Shown here in pieces: positions 10,201-24,735 of a stretch of DNA of 64,000 bases (the first letter of the stretch is position 1; every line of letters starts with the position of its first letter). The translations under genes were made by a program, and so were the position numbers. Location of the stretch: assembly GCA_019244185.1 (NCBI GenBank), contig JAFATB010000022.1, forward strand, positions 32,001-96,000. The letters run 5' to 3'. Source of the DNA: Acidobacteriota bacterium. GTDB taxonomy: Bacteria; Acidobacteriota; Thermoanaerobaculia; Gp7-AA8. The notes below the pieces were generated by a model. It made no database searches. It saw only the letters and a program-made list of their open reading frames with translations, and was not told the origin of the DNA.

Positions 10201-10833
10201 CCGTACGTCTTCGACCGTTTCCGCCAGGCCGACGCCGGCACGACGCGCCGCCACGGCGGCCTCGGGCTCGGCCTCGCCATCGTCAAGCAACTCGTCGAAC
10301 TGCATGGCGGTTGGGTGCGCGCGTCGAGCGGCGGAGCGGGACGCGGCGCGACGTTCTCGGTGACGCTGCCGCTCGTGGCGGCGAAGCAGAATGACGACGA
10401 CCTGCAGCGCGAGCGCAAGCCGGAGAGCCGGCGCACGACGCTCGGCGGCGATCTGAGCGACGCCATCGGCGGACTGCGCGTGCTCGTCGTCGACGACGAG
10501 CCGGACGCGCGCGACGTCGTGCGCCGCGTGCTCGCCGACTGCGGCGTCGCGGTCACGACCGCGGCGTCGGCGGAGGAAGCGATCGCGCAGCTCGAGCAGC
10601 AGGCGTTCGACGTGCTCGTCAGCGACATCGGCATGCCGGGCGAAGACGGCTACTCGATGATCCGCCGCATCCGCGAGCGCTGGCCGTCGCTACCCGCCGT
10701 CGCGCTCAGCGCATACGCGCGGCCGGAAGATCGCGAGAAGGCGATGCGCGCGGGCTATCAGATGCACATCGCCAAGCCCGCGGAGCCGGTGCAAGTCATC
10801 GCGGCGGTGGCGTCGCTCGCGGATCGCGCGTAG
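7213..10833 (+). CDS. hybrid sensor histidine kinase GAF-(PAS/PAC)x5-HisKA-HATPase-REC
   Basis: ATG at 7213 within the longer ORF. GAF (RIAALRRYDIL...FDDLTRLAA), repeated HPDD/DVTE PAS motifs, FLATLSHELRTPL, NLLSNAVKFT, GGLGLGL, VLVVDDE...DIGMP. Confidence 0.92.
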   Translation: MPLNQELLQDEGRIAALRRYDILGARSDPAFDDLTRLAAQICSTPAAGIALVDVDRQLFLSEIGIGIREVPLDRAISIFALAEEDALVVPDLAEHEVFASRRDPRFRYLAAVPLRTPDGYAIGALTVIDVVPRLLSHQQLDALRALARQVMTQLELRRTLAERERSAAALRESEERFRAAFEHAVVGMVLTGGDGRVLRANLAFQAIVGRTADELIGRDSYDYTYPDDRNANVEWIRSVDTEEISHATFEKRYVRKNGEVVWARVHLSPVRDASGDARTLLALVEDVTEQRRTRDALVETRRRLDSALIAGEVATYEWKVDSDRLWGDANFDRFFGVARDADGTAPLARFVEAIHPDDHALVQQKIARTLETGEEYEAEYRIANTAVERWVIARGRVTSDPSDGTRRFHGVVLDITARKQLEQELARRTNIYESILSATDDFAYLFALDGTFLFANRRLLEVWGKTLPEIVGASLYDLGYQDWHAQMHLRELREVIEEKHAITGEVPYMAPTGIFGVYEYIFTPVFNEQGEVEVIAGTTRDVTERKRAEEEHRKLAEQLRLALDAAKMGWWQYDLKTGRVTWDDRVRELYGVDANVQDYDAVLHHMHPDDAKMVDAALAAATDPRDPRPYDVEYRLLLPDGGVRWIASKGQATFEGEGEERHVALFVGTALDVTEAKNAQAALEASEARFRRLADAMPQLVWTADGDGAIDYFNRPFLEYTGMSAATADADFWKDVLHPDDFPAMAKAWRESVRTGAPFETEFRMRRHSDGAYRWFFARALSVRDSATGEVRWFGTSTDVDDQRRLLEENQRLLGSERTARADAERASRMKDEFLATLSHELRTPLSAILGWSQILASGDTSPEELTEGIAVIRRNARVQAQIIEDLLEMSRIISGKIRLDIEEELDVRDVIFAAIDTVRPAANAKGVEIVTSMDEGSQRITGDPNRLQQVFWNLLSNAVKFTPKEGRIDVRLHDRTSHVEVEVADTGEGISPDFLPYVFDRFRQADAGTTRRHGGLGLGLAIVKQLVELHGGWVRASSGGAGRGATFSVTLPLVAAKQNDDDLQRERKPESRRTTLGGDLSDAIGGLRVLVVDDEPDARDVVRRVLADCGVAVTTAASAEEAIAQLEQQAFDVLVSDIGMPGEDGYSMIRRIRERWPSLPAVALSAYARPEDREKAMRAGYQMHIAKPAEPVQVIAAVASLADRA

Positions 10834-10941
10834 CAGCGCGCGCGACGTTCCCCGCAAGCGCAGCGCGAGCAGAAGGGCGCGAGCTCGCCGCGGTCCCGAC
10901 GGATGCGTTGCATCCGCCGGGACCTGGCGTTGAAGGCGAGA

Positions 10942-17058
<6,117 letters not shown>

Positions 17059-17196
17059 GGAATCCACCCCATCCTGAATTTGGTGTCGCGGAGCGCAGGA
17101 GCGTCCCGCGGGCAATGACTATTCGGTGAGACCGTTGATGCGGCGACTTTAACACGCGTCGCGGCGGCGGCACACGTGAATTCGGTGTGCAGACGC

Positions 17197-17224
17197 TTGA
17201 CAACGGCGGGGTGGATGTTAGTAT
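17197..17224 (+). promoter_or_regulatory. sigma70-type promoter
   Basis: TTGACA (17197-17202), 16 nt, TAGTAT (17219-17224) with extended -10 TG, in an AT-rich patch. Confidence 0.55.
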
Positions 17225-17296
17225 TTACGTAATTAAGTAGAAGCTGCACCGGCCACGGCGGCCGTGCCCTGTCCTCATTCCCCGAAAGGATCCCTC

Positions 17297-18214
17297 ATGA
17301 CCCAGCAAGTTTCCGTCGATCTCAGCACCGGCTCCGGCTATCAGCCGTTCCCGCCGGACATCTACACGCCGAGCAACGCCCAGGCCGCGCCGCTCTCTGA
17401 AAACCTCTACAACGAACGCACCGCGAAGGTGTGGGGCACCACCCCCGCGGAGTACGTCGCATGGTTCAACGGCCTCTGGCACACCGGCGATCCGTCGGGG
17501 TGGGGGCCGGAGGTCTTCACGTCCGATGCGATCATGCTCGATCCGACCGGCACGTCGACCGGCGCGGAGGCAGCGGCCGCCGACTTCCTGCTGCTCTTCA
17601 AGTACTTCCCCGACCTGCGCGGAGAGGTGATGAGCTGGGGCCACAACGGCACGGAGATCTTCATCAACTGGCGCTTCGTGGTCGGCAAGGGGATCAACTG
17701 CCCGGTGGTCGACAAGTTCTCGTTCGGCGGCGGCCTGGTCAGCTACCGCCAGGCGTACTTCGACACCATGACCCTGCTCGCGTATCTCATCGAGAACCAC
17801 GGCAGTGGTCCACTGGTTGACTATTTCCTCGACCGCTTCGCGCGCGAGGCCGGCGGCAAGGAAGTGCTGTTCCTCCCCGAGCTGCTCAAGGCGCTCGTCA
17901 CCGGTGTCGTCCGCCCCACCGCCGCGCCCCTCGGCGCGCCGCGCGTCCACGCGGAGCCGGGCAACGGCGTCGTGCACCTGTCGTGGTCGCCGGTTCCCGG
18001 CGCGCATTCCTACACCGTCAAGCGCTCGGCGACGCCGCGCGACCCGTACCCGTGGATCAAGCCGAACGTCACCGGCACGAGCTACACCGACGACGACGTG
18101 GAGAACGGCACGACCTACTACTACGTCGTCGCCGCCAACCGCGCGTCGAACGTTCTGCTGCCGCAGCGGCCGCTGCCCGTCTTCAGCGCCGAGCCGAAGC
18201 TGACCGTCCGCTAA
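17297..18214 (+). CDS. SnoaL/NTF2-like domain protein with C-terminal fibronectin type III domain
   Basis: AAAGGA SD. NTF2-like region VFTSDAIMLDP...FPDLRGEV...FINWRF...VSYRQAYFD; FN3 region VHLSWSPVPGAHSYTVKRS...NGTTYYYVVAA. Confidence 0.7.
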   Translation: MTQQVSVDLSTGSGYQPFPPDIYTPSNAQAAPLSENLYNERTAKVWGTTPAEYVAWFNGLWHTGDPSGWGPEVFTSDAIMLDPTGTSTGAEAAAADFLLLFKYFPDLRGEVMSWGHNGTEIFINWRFVVGKGINCPVVDKFSFGGGLVSYRQAYFDTMTLLAYLIENHGSGPLVDYFLDRFAREAGGKEVLFLPELLKALVTGVVRPTAAPLGAPRVHAEPGNGVVHLSWSPVPGAHSYTVKRSATPRDPYPWIKPNVTGTSYTDDDVENGTTYYYVVAANRASNVLLPQRPLPVFSAEPKLTVR

Positions 18215-18235
18215 GCAACGCGAAGAGGAGGATTC

Positions 18236-18769
18236 GTGATCGATCCAGCGAACATTCCGTCCACCGTCTACTACCTCTCCGGAGCGGTCGCGCTCGCGGG
18301 GTGGCTGTCGATCTTCTTCTTTCCGCGGCGGACGTGGTCGACGTTCTGGTTCGGCGGCATCATCGCGCCGGTGATCCTCTGTCTGCTCTCGACCTTCCTC
18401 CTGCTGACGTCGTGGTTCCAGCCGCCCGCGGCGAGCGTCTTCGACTATCTGAAGCTTTCCACCGTCTACCGGCAGTACGGCAACACGGGATTGCTCGCGG
18501 TGACGCTCATCGACATCATCGCCATGAACCTCGTCGTCGGCGCGTGGATGGCGCGGAAGGCGCGGCAGGTCGGCATCTCGTACGTGTACCTCTTCCCGTG
18601 CCTGCTCTTCATGACCGTCGCTCCGGGCGGCGGGTTCCTGATCTTCGCGATCGTCGTCTCGGTGCAGGGGCGCTGGGGCACGCTGGAGACTGCCGACGCG
18701 GGCTGGGGCAACGAGTCGCGGCCGGTGAGCGCCACGCCGTCGAGCAAGCTGCAGACGCTCGTCCACTAA
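18236..18769 (+). CDS. divergent ABA4-like (DUF4281) membrane protein
   Basis: GAGGAGG SD; about 4 TM segments; colinear with the 22808 paralog (GW.../VGAWMAR/LFPCLL). Confidence 0.65.
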   Translation: MIDPANIPSTVYYLSGAVALAGWLSIFFFPRRTWSTFWFGGIIAPVILCLLSTFLLLTSWFQPPAASVFDYLKLSTVYRQYGNTGLLAVTLIDIIAMNLVVGAWMARKARQVGISYVYLFPCLLFMTVAPGGGFLIFAIVVSVQGRWGTLETADAGWGNESRPVSATPSSKLQTLVH

Positions 18770-18788
18770 AGAACCATCGCATCAAACG

Positions 18789-18828
18789 CAATGAGGCGGC
18801 GCGTCATCGCGCCGCCTCATTGTTTTTT
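18789..18828 (+). terminator. intrinsic terminator between convergent genes
   Basis: Perfect 15-bp stem CAATGAGGCGGCGCG-TCAT-CGCGCCGCCTCATTG followed by T6. Confidence 0.85.
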
Positions 18829-18846
18829 GCGGAAGGTCGTTCTCTG

Positions 18847-20940
18847 TTATCGCCGCTGTACGAACCATGCGGCGCCGACCAGCGACAGCGCGAGGAGCAC
18901 GAGGCCGAGCGGCGAGAGCGCCGGCACCTGCGAGACCGTCGCGGCCGCGGCGGTGCTGGCGTTGTTGGCCGGGTTCGGATCGACGTTCGACGCCGTGACC
19001 GTGGCCGTGTTCGTGATCTCCATCTGCGTCGACGGCAGCGTCACGACGAGCGAGATCGTCGCGGTCGCCGACGGCGCGAGCGTGCCGAGGGTGCACGTGA
19101 CGACGGACGTGCCGCTGCACGAGCCCTGCGACGGCGTCGCGCTGACGTACGTCGTGCCGGCCGGAAGGACGTCGGTGACCGTCGTGCCGACGGCGTAGCC
19201 GGGACCGTTGTTGGTCACGGTGATCGTGTACGTCGCGTCGGCGCCCACCGGATAGCGATTCGAGCTGGCCGTCTTCGTGATCGAGAGATCGGTGGGTCCG
19301 AGGGTGACGTCCGTCGATGCGGTGGCGGTGTTGTTCGCCGGATTCGGATCGGAGGTCGTCGACGAGACATTCGCGGTGTTCGAGACCGCGCCGGTGGTGG
19401 TCGGCGTGAGCGTGAACGAGAAGTCGAAGGTCGCCGTCGCGCCGGCGGCGAGCGAGGCGATCGTGCAGGTGATCGTGCCGCTCGCGCCGACCGCGGGCGT
19501 CGTGCACGAGAACGTGGGACCGCTGGTCTGCGTCTCCGAGACGAACGTCGTGCCGGCGGGGAGCGTGTCGGTGAGCGACACGTTCGCCGCGGCGGACGGC
19601 CCGTTGTTCGTGACGCCGACGTTGTACGTGATCGTGTCGCCGTTCTGCGCGCCCGTCGGGCCGTTCTTTGTCACGGCGACGTCGGCGATCGGCGTGACGG
19701 CCGTGGTCACGCTCGAGCTGTCGTTCGCCGGATTCGTGTCGAAGCTGTCGGTGAACGCGTTCGCCGTGTTCGTGTATCCGGTGGTGCCGCCGGTGTTGAG
19801 CGTGAGCGTGAACGTTGCGGACTGGCCGGAGCCGAGGAGGCTGAGCGTGCAGCCGGCGGTGCCGTTCGTGCCCACCGCGGGCGCGGCGCAGTTGGCGGGC
19901 GTTCCCGTGTTCTGCACCAGAGACACGAACGTGGTACCGGCGGGGAGCGTGTCGGTGAAGCCGGCGTTCGTCGCGGTGTCGGCGCCGCTGTTGCTGAGCA
20001 CGATCGTGTACGGGACGTCCTCGCCCGCGTTCGCCGTCGCCGGGCCGCTCTTCACGACCCCGACATCGACCGCGGAGACCGTGAGCGTCGTCGCCGCGGT
20101 GTCGTTCTCCGAGTTGCTGTCGTTGTCCGCGGAGACGGCGACGTTGTTCTCCGCGCTCGTGCCGCTCGGCGTGTCCGCGGGCACGTGCTCGGTGAGCGTG
20201 AACGTGGCCGATGAGCCGGCGGGGAACGAGGCGATGGTGCAGGTGATCGTGCCGCCGGTCGAGCCGGCAGCCGGCGTCGAGCACGACAGCGTCGGACCGC
20301 TGTCCTGCGTGAACGAGACGAACTCCAGCAGCCCGGACGTCTGATCGGTGAGCTGCACGGTCGTCGCCGGCGCGGGACCGTTGTTCGTGATGCCGATGGT
20401 GTAGACGACGTTCGTGTTCGGACCGGCCGAGGAGGGGCCGTTCTTCGTGACGGCCATGTCGCTCGTCGGCGAGGGCGGCGTCGATGTCGTCGCGACGCCG
20501 GAGTTGTTCTCGTCGTTCGGATCGAACGTCTCCGAAGAAGCGGTGGCGATGTTCACGAACGACGTGCTGTCGGGCGTGCCGGCGGGAATGGCGTAGACGA
20601 TCGTGAACTCGGCGAAGTCGCCGGCGGCGAGCAGCGCCGCGGTGCAGTTCACGCTGCCGGTCGTGTCGCCGACGGAAGGCGTCGAGCAACTGAACGGCGT
20701 GCCGTCGGTCTGCGTCGCGGAGACGAACGTCATGCCCGCGGGAAGCGGATCGTCGAGCGTGACGAAGGCCGCGTCGTCGGCGCCGAGGTTCGTGACCACG
20801 ACGTCGTAGGAAACGTTCGAGCCGGCGGTGGCCTGGTCGGGGCCGGTCTTCGTGACGAGGAGGTCGGCCTCCTGCGCGGCCAGCAGCGGCGCGAGGAGCA
20901 GGGCGGCGGCAAGGAGCAACAGACGCCGATAAGTGTTCAC
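18847..20940 (-). CDS. surface protein with 5 DUF11 repeats and IPTL-CTERM-like anchor
   Basis: Probable GTG start at 20940 (MNTYRRLLLLAAALLLAPLLAA signal); xDxxVTKxGP repeats; C-terminal VPALSPLGLVLLALSLVGAAWFVQRR. Confidence 0.85.
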   Translation of the reverse strand: MNTYRRLLLLAAALLLAPLLAAQEADLLVTKTGPDQATAGSNVSYDVVVTNLGADDAAFVTLDDPLPAGMTFVSATQTDGTPFSCSTPSVGDTTGSVNCTAALLAAGDFAEFTIVYAIPAGTPDSTSFVNIATASSETFDPNDENNSGVATTSTPPSPTSDMAVTKNGPSSAGPNTNVVYTIGITNNGPAPATTVQLTDQTSGLLEFVSFTQDSGPTLSCSTPAAGSTGGTITCTIASFPAGSSATFTLTEHVPADTPSGTSAENNVAVSADNDSNSENDTAATTLTVSAVDVGVVKSGPATANAGEDVPYTIVLSNSGADTATNAGFTDTLPAGTTFVSLVQNTGTPANCAAPAVGTNGTAGCTLSLLGSGQSATFTLTLNTGGTTGYTNTANAFTDSFDTNPANDSSSVTTAVTPIADVAVTKNGPTGAQNGDTITYNVGVTNNGPSAAANVSLTDTLPAGTTFVSETQTSGPTFSCTTPAVGASGTITCTIASLAAGATATFDFSFTLTPTTTGAVSNTANVSSTTSDPNPANNTATASTDVTLGPTDLSITKTASSNRYPVGADATYTITVTNNGPGYAVGTTVTDVLPAGTTYVSATPSQGSCSGTSVVTCTLGTLAPSATATISLVVTLPSTQMEITNTATVTASNVDPNPANNASTAAAATVSQVPALSPLGLVLLALSLVGAAWFVQRR

Positions 20941-21070
20941 GAATCGTGTTCTAAACGTTGGCCGGGAAGAAAGCAATCGGAATCCTCTGACGCGGACGCA
21001 TCATTGCCGCAGTTCCTAATTTACATATTGCCATAACTACTTACTCGCTGCTATCCTGCCGCTCATCCCG

Positions 21071-21523
21071 ATGAAGACGATCGCGGCTTACGCAACGTTA
21101 CTCGCGCTGGCGCTCGTCGCCGAAGCCTCGCTGCTGCGCGCCGGACGCGGTCTGCGCGCGCCGGTGTCGCTCGGCGGTACGTGGGAAGTGCGGACGGGCG
21201 GCAGCGGCGGTGTTTTGCCGAACACGCAGACGCTCTCGATCGAGCAGACCGGCCCCGATCTCGACCTGCACCTCGGCAACGTCGCGCTGCGCGGCTCGCT
21301 CCACGGCACGGCCATCCGCGCGTGGGGCGCGACGTCGTTCTCCGGACGCCTCGACGGCGACGCCATCCGCGGACGTTTCGAGCCGGAGGGCGCGACGTTC
21401 GTCGCGGCGCGCGTGCGCGAGCCGCGCGGCGAAACGCGCGCCGCGCCGGCACGCCACGCCGCGCGCGCCGGCGCTCCTGCGCCGTCCAAACGCAACATCA
21501 CCCTGCCGGAGGGCACGCTGTGA
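21071..21523 (+). CDS. hypothetical exported/membrane-anchored protein coupled to the antiporter
   Basis: Hydrophobic N-terminus and beta-rich body; GTGA overlap with the next gene. Upstream TTGCCA (21028-21033), 18 nt, TATCCT with extended TG. Confidence 0.6.
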   Translation: MKTIAAYATLLALALVAEASLLRAGRGLRAPVSLGGTWEVRTGGSGGVLPNTQTLSIEQTGPDLDLHLGNVALRGSLHGTAIRAWGATSFSGRLDGDAIRGRFEPEGATFVAARVREPRGETRAAPARHAARAGAPAPSKRNITLPEGTL

Positions 21524-22770
21524 ACGAGCTGGCGACGACGCTCCTGCAGATCATCATCGTCGTCCTCGCCGGACGCGCGTGCGGCGCGCTGCTGAAGCGT
21601 TTCCGGCAGCCGGTCGTCGTCGGCGAAGTGGTGGCCGGCATCATCCTCGGACCGTCGCTTTTCGGGCGGCTCGCGCCGGACGCGTTCGCCGCGGTGTTCC
21701 CGGCGCACAGCGTCTCCATCCTGCTCTCGCTCAGCCAGGTCGGCCTGATCTTCTTCATGTTCCTGGTCGGCCTCGAGTTCGCGCCGGGTCTCATGCGCGA
21801 GCGGCGCGAGAGCATCATCGTCATCAGCCACATCAGCATCATCGTGCCGTTCCTGCTCGGCACCGGTCTCGCGCTCTATCTCTATCCGCGCGTCTCGGAT
21901 GCGAGCGTGCCGTTCCGCAGCTTCGCGCTGTTCCTCGGCACGTCGATGAGCATCACCGCGTTCCCGGTGCTCGCGCGCATCCTCGAGGAGCGGCACCTGC
22001 TCCGGTCGCGCATGGGCAACAGCGTCATCGCCTGCGCGGCGGTCGACGACGTGACGGCGTGGTGCATCCTCGCCTTCGTCGTGGTGGTCGCGCGCGCGAG
22101 CGATCCCGCGCAACTCGGCGTGCGCCTCGGACTCGTCGCCGTCTACGCGATCGCGATGATCGCCGGCGTGCGTCCGCTGCTTCGCAAGCTGCTGCCGCGC
22201 GTGAAGCAGTTGTCGGACGAAGCGGTGCTCGCCGCGGTGCTGCTGGTCGTGCTCGCGTCGTCGACGCTGACGGAGCTCCTCGGCATCCACGCGCTGTTCG
22301 GCGCGTTCCTCGTCGGCGCGATCCTGCCGCGCGACGCGCAGCTCACGCAGACGCTCGTCGCGCAGACGCGGGGGCTGACGCGCGTCATCTTCCTGCCGCT
22401 CTTCTTCGCGGTGACGGGTCTGCGCACGAACGTCGGATTGCTCAGCGGTCCGGGCCTGTGGCTCTGCTGCGCGCTCGTCCTCGTCGTCGCGGTGGGCGGG
22501 AAGCTCGGCGGCGCGATGTTCAGCGCGAAGGCGTCGGGGTTCTCCTGGCGCGAGTCGGCGGCGGTGGGCGTGCTGATGAACACGCGCGGCCTCATGGAGA
22601 TGGTCGTGCTGAACGTCGGCCTCGACATCGGCGTCATCTCGCGCGGTCTCTTCACGATGATCGTGATCATGGCTCTCGTCACCACCGCGGCCACGACGCC
22701 GCTGCTCGACCGGCTCGTGCACGGACTGCGCGAGCTGCCGGCCGGCGGCGAGGTGGACGTCGCGGCGTAG
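21520..22770 (+). CDS. CPA2 family cation:proton antiporter
   Basis: GTG at 21520; QPVVVGEVVAGIILGPS, SITAFPVLARIL, AAVDD, LMNTRGLME motifs. Confidence 0.92.
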   Translation: MNELATTLLQIIIVVLAGRACGALLKRFRQPVVVGEVVAGIILGPSLFGRLAPDAFAAVFPAHSVSILLSLSQVGLIFFMFLVGLEFAPGLMRERRESIIVISHISIIVPFLLGTGLALYLYPRVSDASVPFRSFALFLGTSMSITAFPVLARILEERHLLRSRMGNSVIACAAVDDVTAWCILAFVVVVARASDPAQLGVRLGLVAVYAIAMIAGVRPLLRKLLPRVKQLSDEAVLAAVLLVVLASSTLTELLGIHALFGAFLVGAILPRDAQLTQTLVAQTRGLTRVIFLPLFFAVTGLRTNVGLLSGPGLWLCCALVLVVAVGGKLGGAMFSAKASGFSWRESAAVGVLMNTRGLMEMVVLNVGLDIGVISRGLFTMIVIMALVTTAATTPLLDRLVHGLRELPAGGEVDVAA

Positions 22771-22807
22771 TTCGTCGTTCGAATTTTTTCGAGAGAGAGA
22801 GGTGCAC

Positions 22808-23257
22808 ATGAACCTGGCTCTGGCATTCAAGCTCGCGTTCGGACTGTCGGTCATTGGCTGGATCGCGCTCTTCCTGCGGCCGCGCAGCCGGATGGTGAAC
22901 TACGTGTTCTCCGGGATGATGCTGCCCGTGGCGTTCGCGGTGCTGTACACGTTCCTCTGTATTTATTACTGGCACAGCGCGAGCGGCTCGTTCCTGGAGC
23001 GCTTCGGCAGTCTCGACGGCACCCTGCGCATGTTCAATCAGTCCAAGGGGCTGCTGTTCGCGGGGTACGTGCACTACCTCGCGTTCGATCTCTTCATCGG
23101 CTCGTGGATCGCGCGGCGAGCCACGGCAGACAAGATGTCGTACGCGGTTCTCTTCCCATGTCTCTTCCTGACGCTGGTGTTCGGTCCGGCGGGGCTGCTG
23201 CTCTATCGCGTGATCGTGCGTGCGCGCGGCGGCCCGATGCTGGACGACCTCTTCTGA
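22808..23257 (+). CDS. ABA4-like (DUF4281) membrane protein
   Basis: Canonical GYVHYLAFDLFIGSWI and PCLFLTLVFGPAGLLLY motifs. Confidence 0.85.
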   Translation: MNLALAFKLAFGLSVIGWIALFLRPRSRMVNYVFSGMMLPVAFAVLYTFLCIYYWHSASGSFLERFGSLDGTLRMFNQSKGLLFAGYVHYLAFDLFIGSWIARRATADKMSYAVLFPCLFLTLVFGPAGLLLYRVIVRARGGPMLDDLF

Positions 23258-23292
23258 CCGCCGCGCCAACGCAACTTCCTGGAGATCTCCTC

Positions 23293-24675
23293 ATGTCGGT
23301 GTCCGAACGGTTCGATGTGATTGTGGTCGGCGCGCGTTGCGCCGGCTCGCCGCTGGCGACGTTCCTCCAGCGCGCGGGATTGTCGGTCTGCGTCGTCGAC
23401 CAGGCCGAGTTTCCGAGCGACACGCTCTCGACGCACATGTTTCAGCTGAGCGGGATCGAGATCCTGCAGAAGCTCGGCGCGCTCGACGGCATCCTCGCCG
23501 AAGGCGCGCCGCCGATCACGGACTGCTACATGAAGTTCGAGGATGTCGACCTCTCCGGACCGCCGCGCCTGCGGCCGCACGATCCGAAAGTGCCGATGCT
23601 CTGCGTGCGCCGCATTGCGCTCGACGTGCACCTCGTCGCCGCGGCGCGCGCCGCGGGCGTGGAGATGCGCCTCCATCGACGTGTCGTCGGTCTCATTGAA
23701 GACGACGGCCGCGTCGTCGGCGTGCGCACGGTCGATCGCGAAGGCAAAGTCGCGACGCTGCGCGCGGACCTCGTCGTCGGCGCCGACGGACGTCTGTCGA
23801 CGATCGCGCGGCTCACCGGCGCGCGCCGCTATCACGTCACGACCAGCGAGCGGATGAGCAGCTGGGCGTATTACCGCGGCGTGCCGAAGCAGCCGGTGGC
23901 GAAGGTCTACTACCACCGCAAGGGCGACGACTTCGTGGTCGCGGCGCCGGCGGACAACGGCCATTTCGTGGCCATCGTCTGCCCGTCGCTCGACGAGCGC
24001 GAGGCGTACCGCGTCGACGGCGAGGGCGCGTACTGGCGGACCATCGAAGGTTGCGCGCCGGTCGCGGAGCTCGTGCGCGGCGCCGAGCGCGTGACGAAGT
24101 TCCGCGGCCTCACGCGCTTCGAGGGCTTCTTCCGCGAAGCGACCGGGCGGGGCTGGGTGCTCGCCGGCGACGCGGGACACTTCAAGGATCCGACGCCGGG
24201 GCAGGGCATCTCCGATGCGCTGCGCCAGGTCGAGAAGCTGTCCGAGGCGATCGTGCGCGGCTTCTCGCGTCCCGACCGTCGCGACGAAGAGCTGCGCCGC
24301 TGGTGGCGCTGGCGCGACGCCGACGCGATGCAGCACTACTGGTTCGCGGCCGACATCGGCAAGCGCGGCCCGATCTCGCCCGTGCTGCTGGAGATCCTCC
24401 GCGGCGTCGCCGCGAACGAAGAGCTGCGTCAGGACTTCCTCGACATCTTCCTCCACCGCGCGTATCCGCGAGAGGTCTTCGGCTTCGGCGCGCTCGCCAT
24501 GGCCACCGCGCGCATGCTGGCCGATCCGCACAAGCGCCGCGGCGCCCTCGGCGAGGCGGCCAAGCTCGTGGCCGAGGAGCTCGGGCGGCGCAAGCAGGCC
24601 CTGCGTCCGCGGCTCACCGAGAAGGCCATCGTCGACGAGATGCAGTTCGATCAGCAGACCACCAGCGCGGCGTGA
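23293..24675 (+). CDS. NAD(P)/FAD-dependent oxidoreductase (geranylgeranyl reductase/FixC-like fold)
   Basis: GGAG SD; DVIVVGARCAG, VVGADG and LAGDAGHFKDPTPGQGISDA FAD fingerprints. Confidence 0.85.
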   Translation: MSVSERFDVIVVGARCAGSPLATFLQRAGLSVCVVDQAEFPSDTLSTHMFQLSGIEILQKLGALDGILAEGAPPITDCYMKFEDVDLSGPPRLRPHDPKVPMLCVRRIALDVHLVAAARAAGVEMRLHRRVVGLIEDDGRVVGVRTVDREGKVATLRADLVVGADGRLSTIARLTGARRYHVTTSERMSSWAYYRGVPKQPVAKVYYHRKGDDFVVAAPADNGHFVAIVCPSLDEREAYRVDGEGAYWRTIEGCAPVAELVRGAERVTKFRGLTRFEGFFREATGRGWVLAGDAGHFKDPTPGQGISDALRQVEKLSEAIVRGFSRPDRRDEELRRWWRWRDADAMQHYWFAADIGKRGPISPVLLEILRGVAANEELRQDFLDIFLHRAYPREVFGFGALAMATARMLADPHKRRGALGEAAKLVAEELGRRKQALRPRLTEKAIVDEMQFDQQTTSAA

Positions 24676-24735
24676 TGCGTCCGTAGCGCGGCGTGACGCG
24701 AGCGCGTCGCGCCGCGCCCGCGCGTGTCGCGCGTC

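Noticed and set aside
23293-24675. Flavin-dependent halogenase (suggested by the adjacent antiporter)
   Set aside because: No WxWxIP motif; the GARCAG and DPTPGQG motifs fit the reductase/monooxygenase group.
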